Part shown: positions 42,604 to 54,512 of the stretch, one piece after another
Numbering within the stretch: the first letter of the stretch is position 1
Layout: each line of letters begins with the position of its first letter
Assembly: GCA_963711215.1 (NCBI GenBank)
Contig: CAVQDH010000014.1
Location: 178,628-242,627 of the forward strand
Direction: 5' to 3'
DNA length: 64,000 nt
Origin: an uncultured Alphaproteobacteria bacterium
GTDB taxonomy: Bacteria > Pseudomonadota > Alphaproteobacteria > UBA8366
Program-made: the position numbers and the translations under genes
The notes under the pieces: generated by a model
The model's input: only the letters and a program-made list of their open reading frames with translations
The model's database searches: none
What the model was told of the DNA's origin: nothing

Positions 42604-42972
42604 ATGATCCAGATGCAGACCAATCTCGACGTCGCCGATAATTCGGGTGCGCGTCGCGTCCAATGCATCAAGGTGCTTGGCGGCTCCAAGCGCAAGACGG
42701 CGGGTATCGGCGACATCATCGTCGTCTCGGTGAAGGAGGCGATCCCGCGCGGCCGCGTGAAGAAGGGCGATGTCCACAAGGCGGTCATCGTCCGCACCGC
42801 GAAGGAAGTGCGCCGCGACGACGGCACGGTGATCCGCTTCGACCGCAACGCGGCGGTGCTGATCAACGCGCAGAAGGAGCCGATCGGCACCCGCATTTTC
42901 GGCCCGGTGACGCGCGAGCTCAGACAGAAGAATTTCATGAAGATCATTTCATTGGCGCCCGAGGTGCTGTGA
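42604..42972 (+). CDS. rplN: 50S ribosomal protein L14
   Basis: [23 protein letters not shown]. Confidence 0.98.
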   Translation: MIQMQTNLDVADNSGARRVQCIKVLGGSKRKTAGIGDIIVVSVKEAIPRGRVKKGDVHKAVIVRTAKEVRRDDGTVIRFDRNAAVLINAQKEPIGTRIFGPVTRELRQKNFMKIISLAPEVL

Positions 42973-43289
42973 TGGCTGCAAAAATCAAGAAGGGCGACCG
43001 GGTGGTCGTCCTGGCGGGTAAGGACAAGGGCAAGGCGGGCGAGGTGATTCAGGTCGAGCGCAAGCGGTCGCGGGTCATCGTGTCCGGCGTGAACATGATC
43101 AAGCGCCACACCGCGCCCTCGCAGACGAACGCGGGCGGCATTGTCGAGAAGGAAGCGTCCCTGCACGTGTCGAACGTGGCCCATGCCGACCCCAAGGACG
43201 GCAAGCCGACACGAGTCGGGTTCAAGGTTCTCGAAGGCGACCGGAAGGTGCGTTTTGCGAAGCGCTCCGGTGAAGTCATCGACAGTTGA
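42972..43289 (+). CDS. rplX: 50S ribosomal protein L24
   Basis: KIKKGD.V.V.AGKDKGK, HVSNV. Confidence 0.97.
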   Translation: MAAKIKKGDRVVVLAGKDKGKAGEVIQVERKRSRVIVSGVNMIKRHTAPSQTNAGGIVEKEASLHVSNVAHADPKDGKPTRVGFKVLEGDRKVRFAKRSGEVIDS

Positions 43290-43307
43290 GACAGGTAAAT
43301 CGGTCCC

Positions 43308-43868
43308 ATGGCTGAGAAGAGCGAATACACACCGAGACTGAAGTCCCACTACCGGAACGTGGTGCGGCAGTCGCTGATCGACGTGTTTAAATACGACAAC
43401 CCGATGGCGGTTCCGCGTCTCGAGAAGGTCGTGATCAACGTCGGCATCGGCGAAGCCGTCGGCGATTCCAAGAAGGTCGCCCTGGTGTGCGAAGAGCTTG
43501 CCGCGATCACCGGCCAGAAGCCGGTGGTGACCCGGGCGAAGAAATCGATCGCGAACTTCAAGCTGCGCGAAGGCATGCCGATCGGTGCGAAGGTGACGTT
43601 GCGCCGCGACCGCATGTACGAGTTCCTTGACCGGCTGGTCATGGTGGCGCTGCCGCGGGTTCGCGACTTCCGCGGCCTGTCGCCGAAGAGCTTCGACGGC
43701 CGGGGCAACTACGCGATGGGTCTCAAGGAGCAGATCGTGTTCCCTGAGATCGACTATGACAAGGTGGATGCCATTCGCGGCATGGACGTTGTGATCTGCA
43801 CCACGGCACGAACCGACGAGGAGGCGCGTCTCCTCCTCAAAGGGTTCGATTTCCCGTTCCAGAATTGA
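43308..43868 (+). CDS. rplE: 50S ribosomal protein L5
   Basis: [22 protein letters not shown]. Confidence 0.97.
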   Translation: MAEKSEYTPRLKSHYRNVVRQSLIDVFKYDNPMAVPRLEKVVINVGIGEAVGDSKKVALVCEELAAITGQKPVVTRAKKSIANFKLREGMPIGAKVTLRRDRMYEFLDRLVMVALPRVRDFRGLSPKSFDGRGNYAMGLKEQIVFPEIDYDKVDAIRGMDVVICTTARTDEEARLLLKGFDFPFQN

Positions 43869-43894
43869 TTGTCTGGCGGAGGAGCATTCAGACT

Positions 43895-44200
43895 ATGGCC
43901 AAGACAAGCGCTGTCGAAAAGAACAAGCATCGCCGCAAGCTGGCGAAGAAATTCGCGGGGAAGCGCGCGCGCCTGAAGGCGCTCGCGAACGACCGCGAGC
44001 TGCCCGCGGAAGATCGTTTCGCGGCGCGCCTCAAGCTTGCCGCCTTGCCACGTAATTCCGCGCCGAGCCGTATCCGCAACCGTTGCGTCATATCGGGCCG
44101 GCCGCGGGCTTACTATCGCAAGTTTCAACTGTCGCGCATCGCGCTGCGTGATCTGGCGTCGTCGGGACAGATTCCCGGCATGGTGAAGGCCAGCTGGTAG
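43895..44200 (+). CDS. rpsN: 30S ribosomal protein S14, long Zn-free type
   Basis: [25 protein letters not shown]. Confidence 0.97.
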   Translation: MAKTSAVEKNKHRRKLAKKFAGKRARLKALANDRELPAEDRFAARLKLAALPRNSAPSRIRNRCVISGRPRAYYRKFQLSRIALRDLASSGQIPGMVKASW

Positions 44201-44213
44201 GAGTATTGCCGTA

Positions 44214-44612
44214 ATGTCGATGAGCGATCCTTTGGGCGATATGCTCACGCGCATCCGGAACGGACAGCGGGTCGGTAAGAGTACCGTGTGCTGCCCGGCA
44301 TCCAAGTTCCGCGCGAACGTGCTCGGTGTTCTGGAGCGCGAAGGGTTTATCCGTGGTTTCAGCTGGGCCGAGCTGGCGACTGGTCTCCAGGAGCTGACGA
44401 TCGAGCTTAAATATGCCGACGGCGAGCCCGTCATCCGCGAGATCAATCGGGTCTCGCGGCCGGGCCGGCGGGTCTATTCGGGGATCAAGGATCTGCAGCG
44501 CGTTTACAACGGGCTGGGGATCTCGATCCTCTCGACGCCGCGCGGCGTCATGTCGGACGCGGAGGCGCGCGAAGCCAATGTCGGCGGCGAAGTCCTCTGC
44601 CGCGTGTTCTAG
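44214..44612 (+). CDS. rpsH: 30S ribosomal protein S8
   Basis: [27 protein letters not shown]. Confidence 0.97.
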   Translation: MSMSDPLGDMLTRIRNGQRVGKSTVCCPASKFRANVLGVLEREGFIRGFSWAELATGLQELTIELKYADGEPVIREINRVSRPGRRVYSGIKDLQRVYNGLGISILSTPRGVMSDAEAREANVGGEVLCRVF

Positions 44613-44621
44613 GAGCAGGTC

Positions 44622-45161
44622 ATGTCGCGTGTTGGCAAATATCCCGTACCGATCCCCGCCGGCGTCAACGTGTCGCTCGCCGACAACGTGCTGACGGCGA
44701 AAGGGAAGCTCGGCGAGCTTACCGTCCCCTTCACCGACGACGTCACCGTCGAGATGAAGGAGGGCAAGGTATGGGTGAACCCGACCGGCGCGAGCAAGCG
44801 CGCCCGCTCGATGTGGGGCACGGTTCGCGCGCTGGTCAAGAACGCCGTCGTCGGCGTGTCGGAGGGCTTCACCCGCCGGCTCGAGATCAACGGCGTCGGC
44901 TATCGCGCCCAACTCCAGGGCAAGCGGCTGAACCTCCAGCTCGGCTACAGCCATGACATTCCCTTCCCGATTCCGGAAGGCATCACGGTGAAGCTCGAAG
45001 GGGACCGCCAGTCGGTCATCGCGATCAGCGGCGCCGACCGCCAGCAGGTCGGTCAGGTGGCCAGCGTGATCCGCAGCTACCGGGGACCGGAGCCGTACAA
45101 GGGCAAGGGCATCAAATACCAGGATGAGATCATCCTGCGTAAAGAAGGCAAGAAGAAGTAA
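44622..45161 (+). CDS. rplF: 50S ribosomal protein L6
   Basis: [21 protein letters not shown]. Confidence 0.97.
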   Translation: MSRVGKYPVPIPAGVNVSLADNVLTAKGKLGELTVPFTDDVTVEMKEGKVWVNPTGASKRARSMWGTVRALVKNAVVGVSEGFTRRLEINGVGYRAQLQGKRLNLQLGYSHDIPFPIPEGITVKLEGDRQSVIAISGADRQQVGQVASVIRSYRGPEPYKGKGIKYQDEIILRKEGKKK

Positions 45162-45172
45162 GGACCGCGGCG

Positions 45173-45532
45173 ATGAATTCGAAAAAGCTGTTTGCGCGTC
45201 GCAAGATACGCACCCGCTTCAACGTGAAGCGGCTGAGCAAGGGCAAGCCGAGGCTTTCCATTTTCCGGTCGGGTAAGCATGTCTATGCCCAGATCATCGA
45301 CGATCTCGCCGGGCGCACGCTGGTCGCCGCGTCGAGCGTCGACAAGGAGCTGCGCGGCAAGCTGAAGACGGGCGCCGACAAGGAGGCCGCGGCCGCCGTC
45401 GGGCGCGCCGTTGCCGAACGCGCGGTGAAGGCGGGCGTGTCGCAGGTTATCTTCGACCGCGGCGGTTATCGTTATCATGGCCGGGTCAAGGCCCTGGCCG
45501 ATGGTGCCCGCGAAGGCGGGCTGAAATTCTAG
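45173..45532 (+). CDS. rplR: 50S ribosomal protein L18
   Basis: [22 protein letters not shown]. Confidence 0.97.
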   Translation: MNSKKLFARRKIRTRFNVKRLSKGKPRLSIFRSGKHVYAQIIDDLAGRTLVAASSVDKELRGKLKTGADKEAAAAVGRAVAERAVKAGVSQVIFDRGGYRYHGRVKALADGAREGGLKF

Positions 45533-45548
45533 AAGGGGATCGCGGGTA

Positions 45549-46136
45549 ATGGCACAGTCACCGCAGGGTCGCGGACGGCAGCGTGGACCGCGGGAAGATC
45601 GCGGCGAGCAGCAGGAATTCGTCGAAAAGCTCGTCGGCATCAACCGCGTCGCCAAGGTCGTCAAGGGCGGCCGGCGCTTCGGATTTTCCGCCATCGTCGT
45701 GGTCGGTGACGGCAAGGGACGGGTCGGCCACGGCCTCGGCAAGGCGCGCGAGGTGCCCGAGGCGATCCGCAAGGCGACCGACCGTGCGCGCAAGGCGCTG
45801 ATCCGCGTTCCGCTGCGCGAAGGCCGGACGCTGCATCACGACGTTACCGGCCGTTTCGGCGCCGGCCGGGTCGTGCTGCGCAACGCGCCGTCGGGCACCG
45901 GCATCATCGCGGGCGGCCCGATGCGCGCCGTGTTCGAGGCGCTGGGCGTGCAGGACATCGTCGCCAAGTCGGTCGGTACCTCCAACTCGCACAACATGAT
46001 CAAGGCCACCTTCGACGCGCTCAAGAACTGCAATTCGCCCCGGCAGGTTGCGGGCCGGCGCGGCAAGAAGGTCGGCGAGATCGTTGGCCGGCGCGAGGAA
46101 GGCGCGGCGAACGGTCGGGAGCAGGCAAATGGCTGA
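45549..46136 (+). CDS. rpsE: 30S ribosomal protein S5
   Basis: [20 protein letters not shown]. Confidence 0.97.
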   Translation: MAQSPQGRGRQRGPREDRGEQQEFVEKLVGINRVAKVVKGGRRFGFSAIVVVGDGKGRVGHGLGKAREVPEAIRKATDRARKALIRVPLREGRTLHHDVTGRFGAGRVVLRNAPSGTGIIAGGPMRAVFEALGVQDIVAKSVGTSNSHNMIKATFDALKNCNSPRQVAGRRGKKVGEIVGRREEGAANGREQANG

Positions 46137-46324
46137 TGGCAAGAAGACGCTGCGCGTGACCCAGATCGGCAGCCCGATCCGGCGCCCGGACGATCAGCGC
46201 GCGGACGCTGATCGGTCTCGGCCTCAACAAGATGCACCGCACGCGCGAGCTCGTGGATACCCCGTCGGTGCGCGGGATGATCGACAAGGTGAAGCATCTG
46301 GTTCGCGTCGAAGAGGCGGACTGA
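46129..46324 (+). CDS. rpmD: 50S ribosomal protein L30; +1 frameshift near 46204
   Basis: [16 protein letters not shown] / [32 protein letters not shown]; length 196 = 3n+1. Confidence 0.92.
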
Positions 46325-46356
46325 GATCCGGGCTGGCCGCATTAAGGATTCGTCAC

Positions 46357-46858
46357 ATGAGACTGAATGAGATTTCCGACAACGAGGGCGCCACGCATCG
46401 CGCGCAAGCGCATCGGCCGCGGCACGGGCTCGGGAACCGGCAAGACGGCAGGCAAGGGCCACAAGGGCCAGAAGGCCCGTTCCGGCGGCCATATCGGCGG
46501 GTTCGAGGGCGGCCAGATGCCGCTCTACCGGCGGTTGCCCAAGCGCGGCTTCACCAACATCTTCCGCAAGCGCTACGTCGAGCTCAATATCGGCCGGCTG
46601 CAGCAAGCGATCGATGACGGCCGCGTCGACGCCAAGAAGACGATAACCGGGCAGTCCCTGGTCGAGGCCGGGCTGCTGCGCCGGGTTCACGACGGTGTGC
46701 GGCTTCTTGCAAAGGGCGCGATCAGTGCCAATGTCACCATAGAGGTTGCTGGCGCGTCGAAGGCTGCCGTCCAGGCTGTGGAAAAGGCGGGCGGCAAAGT
46801 TGTGCTGCCGCCGAAGGACGATACGCCGCGCGGCAAGTCGCAGAAGAAGGCGAAATAA
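46357..46858 (+). CDS. rplO: 50S ribosomal protein L15; +1 frameshift near 46399
   Basis: [12 protein letters not shown] / [39 protein letters not shown]; length 502 = 3n+1. Confidence 0.94.
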
Positions 46859-46930
46859 CTCAGTCCGGCGAAAGACCCGGCTGAGACACGTCGCGTTTCC
46901 AGCCCTTAGCGGCGCACAGGACACGAGAGC

Positions 46931-48274
46931 ATGGCATCAGCAGCCGAACAGTTAGCCGCCAATTTCAATCTCGGCGCCTTCAAGAAGGCGACGGAGCTGA
47001 AAAAGCGCATCTGGTTCACGCTGGCCGCGCTCGTGATCTATCGCTGCGGCACCTACATACCGTTGCCCGGGATCGATTCGTCGATCCTCAGCGAGCTGTT
47101 CGCCCATCAGAAGGGCGGCATCGTCGGCATGTTCGACGTCTTCGCCGGCGGCGCGCTCAGCCGCATGTCGATCTTCGCGCTCAACATCATGCCCTACATC
47201 TCCGCCTCCATCATCATGCAGCTGATGCAGGCCGTCTCGCCCTCGCTCGAGGCGCTGAAGAAGGAAGGGGAAGCGGGGCGCAAGAAGATGAACCAGTATA
47301 CCCGCTACGGCACCGTGTTCCTGGCGGCGTTCCAAGCGTACGGCCTGGCCGTCGGCATGGAAGGCATGCAGGGCAGCTCCGGCAGCGCGGTGATGGATCC
47401 GGGCCTGTTCTTCCGCTTGACCACGGTGATCACGCTGGTCGGCGGCACGGTCTTCCTGATGTGGCTGGGCGAGCAGGTGACCCAGCGGGGCGTCGGCAAC
47501 GGCATCTCGCTCATCATCTTCTCCGGCATCGTGGCGGCGCTGCCGCGCGCGCTGGCCGGAACGCTGGAGCTCGGCCGCACCGGCGCGCTGTCGACGGTCG
47601 TCATCGTCGGCTTCCTGCTGCTGGCTGCGGTGGTGATCACGGTCATCGTCTTCATCGAGCGGGCGCAGCGGCGGATCATCGTGCAATATCCCAAGCGCCA
47701 GGTCGGCAACCGCATGTTCGGCGGCGAATCCTCGCATCTGCCGCTCAAGCTCAATACCTCCGGCGTCATTCCGCCGATTTTCGCCAGCTCGCTGCTGCTG
47801 CTGCCGTTGACGATCGCCAATTTCAGCGGCGGGCAGGGACCGGAGTGGCTGACCACGATTACCGCGATGCTCGGCCGGGGGCAGCCCTTGTTCCTGGTCA
47901 TCTACGTGTCGCTGATCGTGTTCTTCGCCTTCTTCTACACGGCGATCGTCTTCAATCCGCAGGAGACGGCCGACAACCTCCGGCAATACGGCGGCTTCAT
48001 CCCGGGCATCCGGCCCGGCAAGAACACCGCGGACTACCTGGACTACGTGCTGACGCGGCTGACCGTGCTGGGCGCGATGTACCTGTCGGTCATCTGTATC
48101 ATCCCGGAATGGCTGATCGCGCAGTTCGCCGTGCCCTTCTATTTCGGTGGCACCAGCCTGCTGATCGTCGTGACCGTGACCATGGATACGGTGGCGCAGG
48201 TTCATGCGCATCTGCTGGCGCACCAGTATGAGGGGCTGATCAAGAAGTCCAAGTTGCGCGGGAGGCGTGGATGA
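46931..48274 (+). CDS. secY: Preprotein translocase SecY
   Basis: IFALNIMPYISASII, GVGNGISL, FIPGIRPG, GGTSLLIVV. Confidence 0.98.
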   Translation: MASAAEQLAANFNLGAFKKATELKKRIWFTLAALVIYRCGTYIPLPGIDSSILSELFAHQKGGIVGMFDVFAGGALSRMSIFALNIMPYISASIIMQLMQAVSPSLEALKKEGEAGRKKMNQYTRYGTVFLAAFQAYGLAVGMEGMQGSSGSAVMDPGLFFRLTTVITLVGGTVFLMWLGEQVTQRGVGNGISLIIFSGIVAALPRALAGTLELGRTGALSTVVIVGFLLLAAVVITVIVFIERAQRRIIVQYPKRQVGNRMFGGESSHLPLKLNTSGVIPPIFASSLLLLPLTIANFSGGQGPEWLTTITAMLGRGQPLFLVIYVSLIVFFAFFYTAIVFNPQETADNLRQYGGFIPGIRPGKNTADYLDYVLTRLTVLGAMYLSVICIIPEWLIAQFAVPFYFGGTSLLIVVTVTMDTVAQVHAHLLAHQYEGLIKKSKLRGRRG

Positions 48275-48858
48275 ATGTCATCCTCCTGGGCCCCCCGGGA
48301 GCAGGCAAAGGGACCCAGGCGCAGCGGCTTGTGGAGAAATACGGCATCGTTCAGCTCTCTACCGGTGAAATTCTGCGGGACGCCGCGGCCTCGGGCAGCG
48401 CGATCGGCCAGCAGGCCAAGAAGGTCATGGAGGCCGGCCAGCTGATGCCCGACGACCTGATGATCCGCATCATCTCGGAGCGGATCGACCAGCCCGATTG
48501 CGCCAAAGGCTTCATCCTGGACGGCTTTCCGCGGACCGTCCCCCAGGCCGAAGCGCTGGACAAGCTGCTGGCCCAGAAGGGGTTGAAGCTGGACCACGTG
48601 ATCGAGCTCAGGGTCGACGACTCGGTGCTGGTTTCGCGGATCACCGCCCGGGCGAGCGAGCTCAGCGCCGAGGGCAAGGCCCGGGCCGACGACAATGTGG
48701 AGACCTTGAAGAAGCGGCTTGCCGTCTACCATGGGCAGACGGTGCCCATCCTTCCGTATTACCGCGATAGGGGAAGGCTTGAGGTCGTGGACGGCATGGC
48801 GGACATCGCCGGCGTTGCGCGTCAGATCGATGCGCTGTTGGGCGCCCGGGAGAATTGA
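48271..48858 (+). CDS. adk: Adenylate kinase, short type without long LID
   Basis: GPPGAGKGTQ, LSTG, GFILDGFPR, RADDN. Confidence 0.96.
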   Translation: MNVILLGPPGAGKGTQAQRLVEKYGIVQLSTGEILRDAAASGSAIGQQAKKVMEAGQLMPDDLMIRIISERIDQPDCAKGFILDGFPRTVPQAEALDKLLAQKGLKLDHVIELRVDDSVLVSRITARASELSAEGKARADDNVETLKKRLAVYHGQTVPILPYYRDRGRLEVVDGMADIAGVARQIDALLGAREN

Positions 48859-48882
48859 CAGCATGGGCTTTTCCCCTATAAT
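48855..48882 (+). promoter_or_regulatory. Consensus sigma70 promoter of alpha operon
   Basis: TTGACA-N16-TATAAT overlapping the adk stop. Confidence 0.8.
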
Positions 48883-49045
48883 CCGCCATCCCGGAGCCGA
48901 ACAGTCGGCTTCCGGCGCGGACGTTTTTCCGGCGGCGCGTAGACGGCGGTGCAACATGAAATCCGGAACACGGGCAGGCGGCCAGCCAGGTCACTGGGGC
49001 TGGGCGCTGAGTTCGTATCAAGACGATTGATGAGGAGAATGTAGC

Positions 49046-49420
49046 GTGGCACGCATAGCGGGCGTGAATATTCCGACCCAGAAGCGCGTGGAGATCGGCC
49101 TGACCTATATCCATGGGATCGGCCGGACCAAGGCGAAGGATATCTGCAAGGCTTGCGGAATTCCCGCCGAGCGCCGGGTCAGCGAGCTCAGCGAGCAGGA
49201 AGTCATCGGCATTCGCGAGTCCATCGACCGCGACTATACGGTCGAAGGCGATCTGCGTCGCGAAGTCGCCATGAACATCAAGCGCTTGATGGATCTTGGA
49301 TGCTATCGCGGGCTGCGTCATCGCAAGGGGCTGCCGGTTCGCGGCCAGCGGACGCACACCAATGCCCGCACGCGCAAGGGGCCGGCCCGCCCGATCGCCG
49401 GTAAGAAGAAGGCGGTATAA
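49046..49420 (+). CDS. rpsM: 30S ribosomal protein S13
   Basis: [24 protein letters not shown]. Confidence 0.98.
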   Translation: MARIAGVNIPTQKRVEIGLTYIHGIGRTKAKDICKACGIPAERRVSELSEQEVIGIRESIDRDYTVEGDLRREVAMNIKRLMDLGCYRGLRHRKGLPVRGQRTHTNARTRKGPARPIAGKKKAV

Positions 49421-49431
49421 GGAGCAATCAG

Positions 49432-49839
49432 ATGGCCAAGGCACCAGCAGCAACCGCCACCGCCACGCGGACGCGTCGGCGCGAGCGTAAAAACATCACG
49501 TCCGGCGTGGCCCATGTCTGTGCATCGTTCAACAACACGATGATCACGATCACCGACGCGCAGGGCAACACGATCGCCTGGTCGTCGGCCGGCGGCATGG
49601 GTTTCAAAGGCAGCCGCAAGTCGACGCCCTATGCCGCGCAGGTTGCGGCCGAGGATGCCGGCCGTAAAGCCATGGAACATGGCATGCGGACACTGGAAGT
49701 GTTCGTCAAGGGGCCGGGGTCGGGGCGTGAGTCCGCCTTGCGCGCCTTGCAATCGGTCGGCTTCACGGTCACGTCGATCAAGGACGTGACGCCGATCCCG
49801 CATAACGGATGCCGTCCGCCGAAACGGCGGCGCGTGTGA
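49432..49839 (+). CDS. rpsK: 30S ribosomal protein S11
   Basis: [25 protein letters not shown]. Confidence 0.98.
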   Translation: MAKAPAATATATRTRRRERKNITSGVAHVCASFNNTMITITDAQGNTIAWSSAGGMGFKGSRKSTPYAAQVAAEDAGRKAMEHGMRTLEVFVKGPGSGRESALRALQSVGFTVTSIKDVTPIPHNGCRPPKRRRV

Positions 49840-49925
49840 TTGGATTTACTCGGACAGGGTTGAATTTCAAGATTAAGGCGCAGGCCTAAGGTGCTGCGAT
49901 GATTGGAAAGAGCGAGGTCGCTACG

Positions 49926-50942
<1,017 letters not shown>

Positions 50943-50976
50943 GACAGCGACGATCTGAAAGTTAGGAGCAGGCGAG

Positions 50977-51402
50977 ATGCGCCATAAAATGAGCGGCCGG
51001 AAACTGGGCCGGAGAAGCCAGCATCGCAAGGCCATGTTCTCGAATATGGCGGCATCGCTGATCAAGCACGAGCAGATCAAGACGACGCTGCCGAAGGCGA
51101 AGGAAATGCGCGGCGTGGTCGAGAAGCTGATCACGCTCGGCAAGAGCGGAACGCTGCACGACCGCCGCCGGGCCTATGCCTTCCTGCGCGACGACGCCAT
51201 GGTCACCAAGCTGTTCGACACGCTGGGCCCGCGCTACAAGGCGCGCAACGGCGGCTATACCCGCGTGCTGAAAGCCGGCTTCCGTTACGGCGATGCGGCC
51301 GCGATGGCGGTCATCGAGCTGGTCGACCGCGACGTCGATGCAAAGGGGCTGGACTCCGGCCCGCTGCAGACCGACGACGAGACGGAGAGCGCGGCGGCGT
51401 AA
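50977..51402 (+). CDS. rplQ: 50S ribosomal protein L17
   Basis: MRH...[20 protein letters not shown]. Confidence 0.97.
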   Translation: MRHKMSGRKLGRRSQHRKAMFSNMAASLIKHEQIKTTLPKAKEMRGVVEKLITLGKSGTLHDRRRAYAFLRDDAMVTKLFDTLGPRYKARNGGYTRVLKAGFRYGDAAAMAVIELVDRDVDAKGLDSGPLQTDDETESAAA

Positions 51403-51430
51403 GGCTGGTGCTGTTTCGGAACGAGATAGC

Positions 51431-51460
51431 GAAGGGTCGGCCGCATGGCCGGCCCTTCTT
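51431..51460 (+). terminator. Intrinsic terminator after rplQ
   Basis: GAAGGGTCGGCC-GCAT-GGCCGGCCCTTC-TT. Confidence 0.7.
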
Positions 51461-51537
51461 GCGTCAGGGCCGTTGGCGCATGCGCCGCGCGGGCGTAAGG
51501 TGCGGCCATGCATAGATCGGCCACGCACAGATCGGCC

Positions 51538-52947
51538 ATGTACAGATCAGTAAGCGCGTCGATCCTGGCCGCCTTGGTCCTGGCCGCCGCCGTGCCGGCG
51601 GCGGCGCAGCAGCGCCAGGTGCCTGACAACCGCCAGCAGATCCAGTTTTCCTTCGCGCCGATCGTGCGTAAGGTGGCGCCGGCGGTCGTCAACATCTACA
51701 CCAAGCGCGTGGTGCAGGAACGCAGCGCCTCGCCCTTCTTCGACGATCCGATTTTCCGCCGCTTCTTCGGCGATTCCACGCCCTTCGGCGGCTCGCGCAA
51801 GCGGCTGGAGAATTCGCTCGGGTCCGGCGTGATCGTCCGCAGCGACGGCATCATCGTGACCAACCACCACGTGATCAAGGACGCGGACAAGATCACCGTC
51901 GTCCTGTCCGACCGGCGCGAGTTCGACGCGCAGATCCTGGTCAACGATGAGCGCACGGACATTGCGGTCCTGCGCATCCATGTGAAGGGCGAGCGACTGC
52001 CCTATCTCGAATTCGGCGACGCGGACAAGATCGAGGTCGGCGACATGGTGCTGGCGATCGGCGATCCCTTCGGCATCGGCCAGACCGTCAGCTCGGGCAT
52101 CGTCTCCGGCCTCGCGCGGACCGAGGTCGGCATAACCGACTTCCGCTCCTTCATCCAGACCGACGCTGCGATCAACCCCGGCAACTCGGGCGGCGCGCTG
52201 GTCTCGATGGACGGTAAGCTGATTGGCATCAACACGGCGATCTTCTCGCAAAGCGGCGGATCGGTCGGCATCGGCTTCGCCATTCCCAGCAACATGGTCA
52301 GCACCATCGTGCACAGCGCGGTGACCGGCAAGCCTTTGATTCGCCCATGGCTTTCGCTTCGAGCCACGGAAGTGACGGCCGAGGTCGCCTCCGCCATGGG
52401 GTTGAACCGGCCGGGCGGCGTCCTGGTGGAAGCGGTGCAGCCGAGCGGTCCTGCCGAACGCGCCGGGATCCGGCGCGGCGATATCATCCTCGACGTCGAC
52501 CACAAGGCGGTCGACGACCTGCAGGGGCTCCGGTTCCGCCTGGCGACGCGGGAGATCGGCAAGAATGTCGTCATGTCGGTACGCCGGCACGGCAAGGTGA
52601 TCGACCTACCCTTCGACCTGCAGGCGCCGCCGGAGATCCCGCCGCGCGATACCACGATCCTGCAGAACGAGAGCCCGCTCTCCGGCGCCAAGGTCGTCAA
52701 CCTGTCGCCGGCGGTAGCGGCCGAGCTCGGCGTCGAGGAGTCGGCGGTCGGCGTGATCGTCGTCGACATCGAGCGCGGCTCCTGGGCCTCGCGGATCGGG
52801 CTCCGTCCCGGTGACGTCGTCCTGACCGTGAACGGCCAGAAGATCGGCGTGGTCGACGATCTGAAGCAGGCGACGCGCCAGCCGCAGGACCGCTGGATGG
52901 TTGAAATCCGCCGCGGCAATAAGACATTACGCGTGGAAGTCGGGTAA
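51538..52947 (+). CDS. Do/DegP/DegQ-family serine protease with two PDZ domains
   Basis: SLGSGVI, TNHHV, TDIAVL, QTDAAINPGNSGGAL; alternative start 51508. Confidence 0.93.
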   Translation: MYRSVSASILAALVLAAAVPAAAQQRQVPDNRQQIQFSFAPIVRKVAPAVVNIYTKRVVQERSASPFFDDPIFRRFFGDSTPFGGSRKRLENSLGSGVIVRSDGIIVTNHHVIKDADKITVVLSDRREFDAQILVNDERTDIAVLRIHVKGERLPYLEFGDADKIEVGDMVLAIGDPFGIGQTVSSGIVSGLARTEVGITDFRSFIQTDAAINPGNSGGALVSMDGKLIGINTAIFSQSGGSVGIGFAIPSNMVSTIVHSAVTGKPLIRPWLSLRATEVTAEVASAMGLNRPGGVLVEAVQPSGPAERAGIRRGDIILDVDHKAVDDLQGLRFRLATREIGKNVVMSVRRHGKVIDLPFDLQAPPEIPPRDTTILQNESPLSGAKVVNLSPAVAAELGVEESAVGVIVVDIERGSWASRIGLRPGDVVLTVNGQKIGVVDDLKQATRQPQDRWMVEIRRGNKTLRVEVG

Positions 52948-52972
52948 CAAGCAATCACGGCGGAGGTGCCGA

Positions 52973-54295
52973 TTGAGCGGTCCGTCACAGCCGGGTCTCT
53001 TCGAAAAGTCCGCGCCGCGCCCTTTGGCCGACCGCCTCAGGCCGCGTTCGCTCGATGAGATCGTCGGACAGGATCATGTGCTGGGGCCGGATGGGCCGAT
53101 CCGGCGCATGCTCGCTTCCGGCAGCCTCGCCTCGATGGTCTTCTGGGGACCGCCGGGCTGCGGCAAGACGACCATAGCGCGCCTGCTGGCCGACGAGATC
53201 GCCTTGGCGTTCGAGCCGCTGTCGGCCGTCTTCTCCGGCGTGGCGGATCTGCGCAAGGTGTTCGAGCGCGCCAAGGCGCGGCGCCTGGCGGGCAGCGGGA
53301 CGCTGCTCTTCGTCGACGAGATCCACCGCTTCAACCGCGCGCAGCAGGACGGCTTCCTGCCCTATGTCGAGGACGGCACCGTCATCCTCGTCGGCGCCAC
53401 GACGGAAAACCCGAGCTTCGAGCTGAACGCCGCGCTGCTGTCGCGCTGCCAGGTCTTCGTCCTGAATCGCCTCGACCACGCCGCGCTGGATACCCTGCTG
53501 CGGCGCGCCGAGCAGGCCGAGGGCCGCGCGCTGCCGCTCGAGGACGAGGCGCGCGACAGCCTGATCGCGATGGCGGACGGCGACGGCCGCTTCATCCTCA
53601 ATCTCTGCGAGGAATTGTTCCGCCTGCCGGCCGCGACGCGGCTGGACCGCAAGGCGCTGGCCGAGGCGGTGCAGCGGCGCGCGCCGGTCTACGACAAGGG
53701 GCAGGACAGCCACTACAACCTGATCAGCGCGCTGCACAAGTCGCTGCGCGGCTCCGACACGGACGCGGCGCTCTACTGGCTCGCGCGCATGCTGGCCGGC
53801 GGCGAGGACCCGCGCTACATCGCCCGGCGGCTGCTGCGCTTCGCCTACGAGGATATCGGCCTCGCCGACCCGAACGCGGCGCTGCAGGCGCTGGCGGCGT
53901 GGGAGACCTACGAGCGGATCGGCTCGCCCGAGGGCGAGCTGGCGCTGACCCATCTGGTGATCTATCTCGGCACCGCGCCCAAGTCGAACGCCGCCTACAA
54001 GGCGCATGGCGCCGCGTCGCGGGCGGCGAAGGAGACCGGCTCGCTCAGCCCGCCCAAGCACATCCTGAACGCGCCGACGCGGCTGATGCAGGACCTCGGC
54101 TACGGCGCGGGCTATGAATACGATCACAAGGCCGAGGACGCCTTCTCCGGCCAGAATTACTTCCCCGACGGCATCGCGCGCGAGCGCTTTTACAGCCCGG
54201 CCGACCGCGGCTTCGAGCGCGAGATCGCCAAGCGCCTGGCCTATTGGGAGAAGCTCCGCGCCGAGCGGCGCAAGCCCGGCGGCGGCGAGTCGTGA
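52973..54295 (+). CDS. rarA: Replication-associated recombination protein A
   Basis: PLADRLRP, GPPGCGKTT, DEIHRFNRAQQD, GATTENPSF; TTG start after GGAGG. Confidence 0.95.
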   Translation: MSGPSQPGLFEKSAPRPLADRLRPRSLDEIVGQDHVLGPDGPIRRMLASGSLASMVFWGPPGCGKTTIARLLADEIALAFEPLSAVFSGVADLRKVFERAKARRLAGSGTLLFVDEIHRFNRAQQDGFLPYVEDGTVILVGATTENPSFELNAALLSRCQVFVLNRLDHAALDTLLRRAEQAEGRALPLEDEARDSLIAMADGDGRFILNLCEELFRLPAATRLDRKALAEAVQRRAPVYDKGQDSHYNLISALHKSLRGSDTDAALYWLARMLAGGEDPRYIARRLLRFAYEDIGLADPNAALQALAAWETYERIGSPEGELALTHLVIYLGTAPKSNAAYKAHGAASRAAKETGSLSPPKHILNAPTRLMQDLGYGAGYEYDHKAEDAFSGQNYFPDGIARERFYSPADRGFEREIAKRLAYWEKLRAERRKPGGGES

Positions 54296-54512
54296 TAGCG
54301 GGCGCCGGACCGGTCGTCGTCCGATCTGCCGCAAGGTGACCGGGGGCAAGGACAGCGGCTATACTCTCGCGACGGCCATCTTCGAAATTTCCCAAGACGG
54401 CGTGACGTGGCGGATCTACGGCGATCCCGACGCGGCGCCCGTGTTCGACAGCCGGACCGCGCGCCCGTCGTCCTGACCCGGCGCAGACAGAAGATCAACA
54501 GGAGGAGGCAAG

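Noticed and set aside
54292-54476. Protein-like fragment KVTGGKDSGYTLATAIFEISQDGVTWRIYGDPDAAPVFDSR between rarA and the hydrolase
   Set aside because: No convincing RBS or start; may be a gene remnant but cannot be supported without a search
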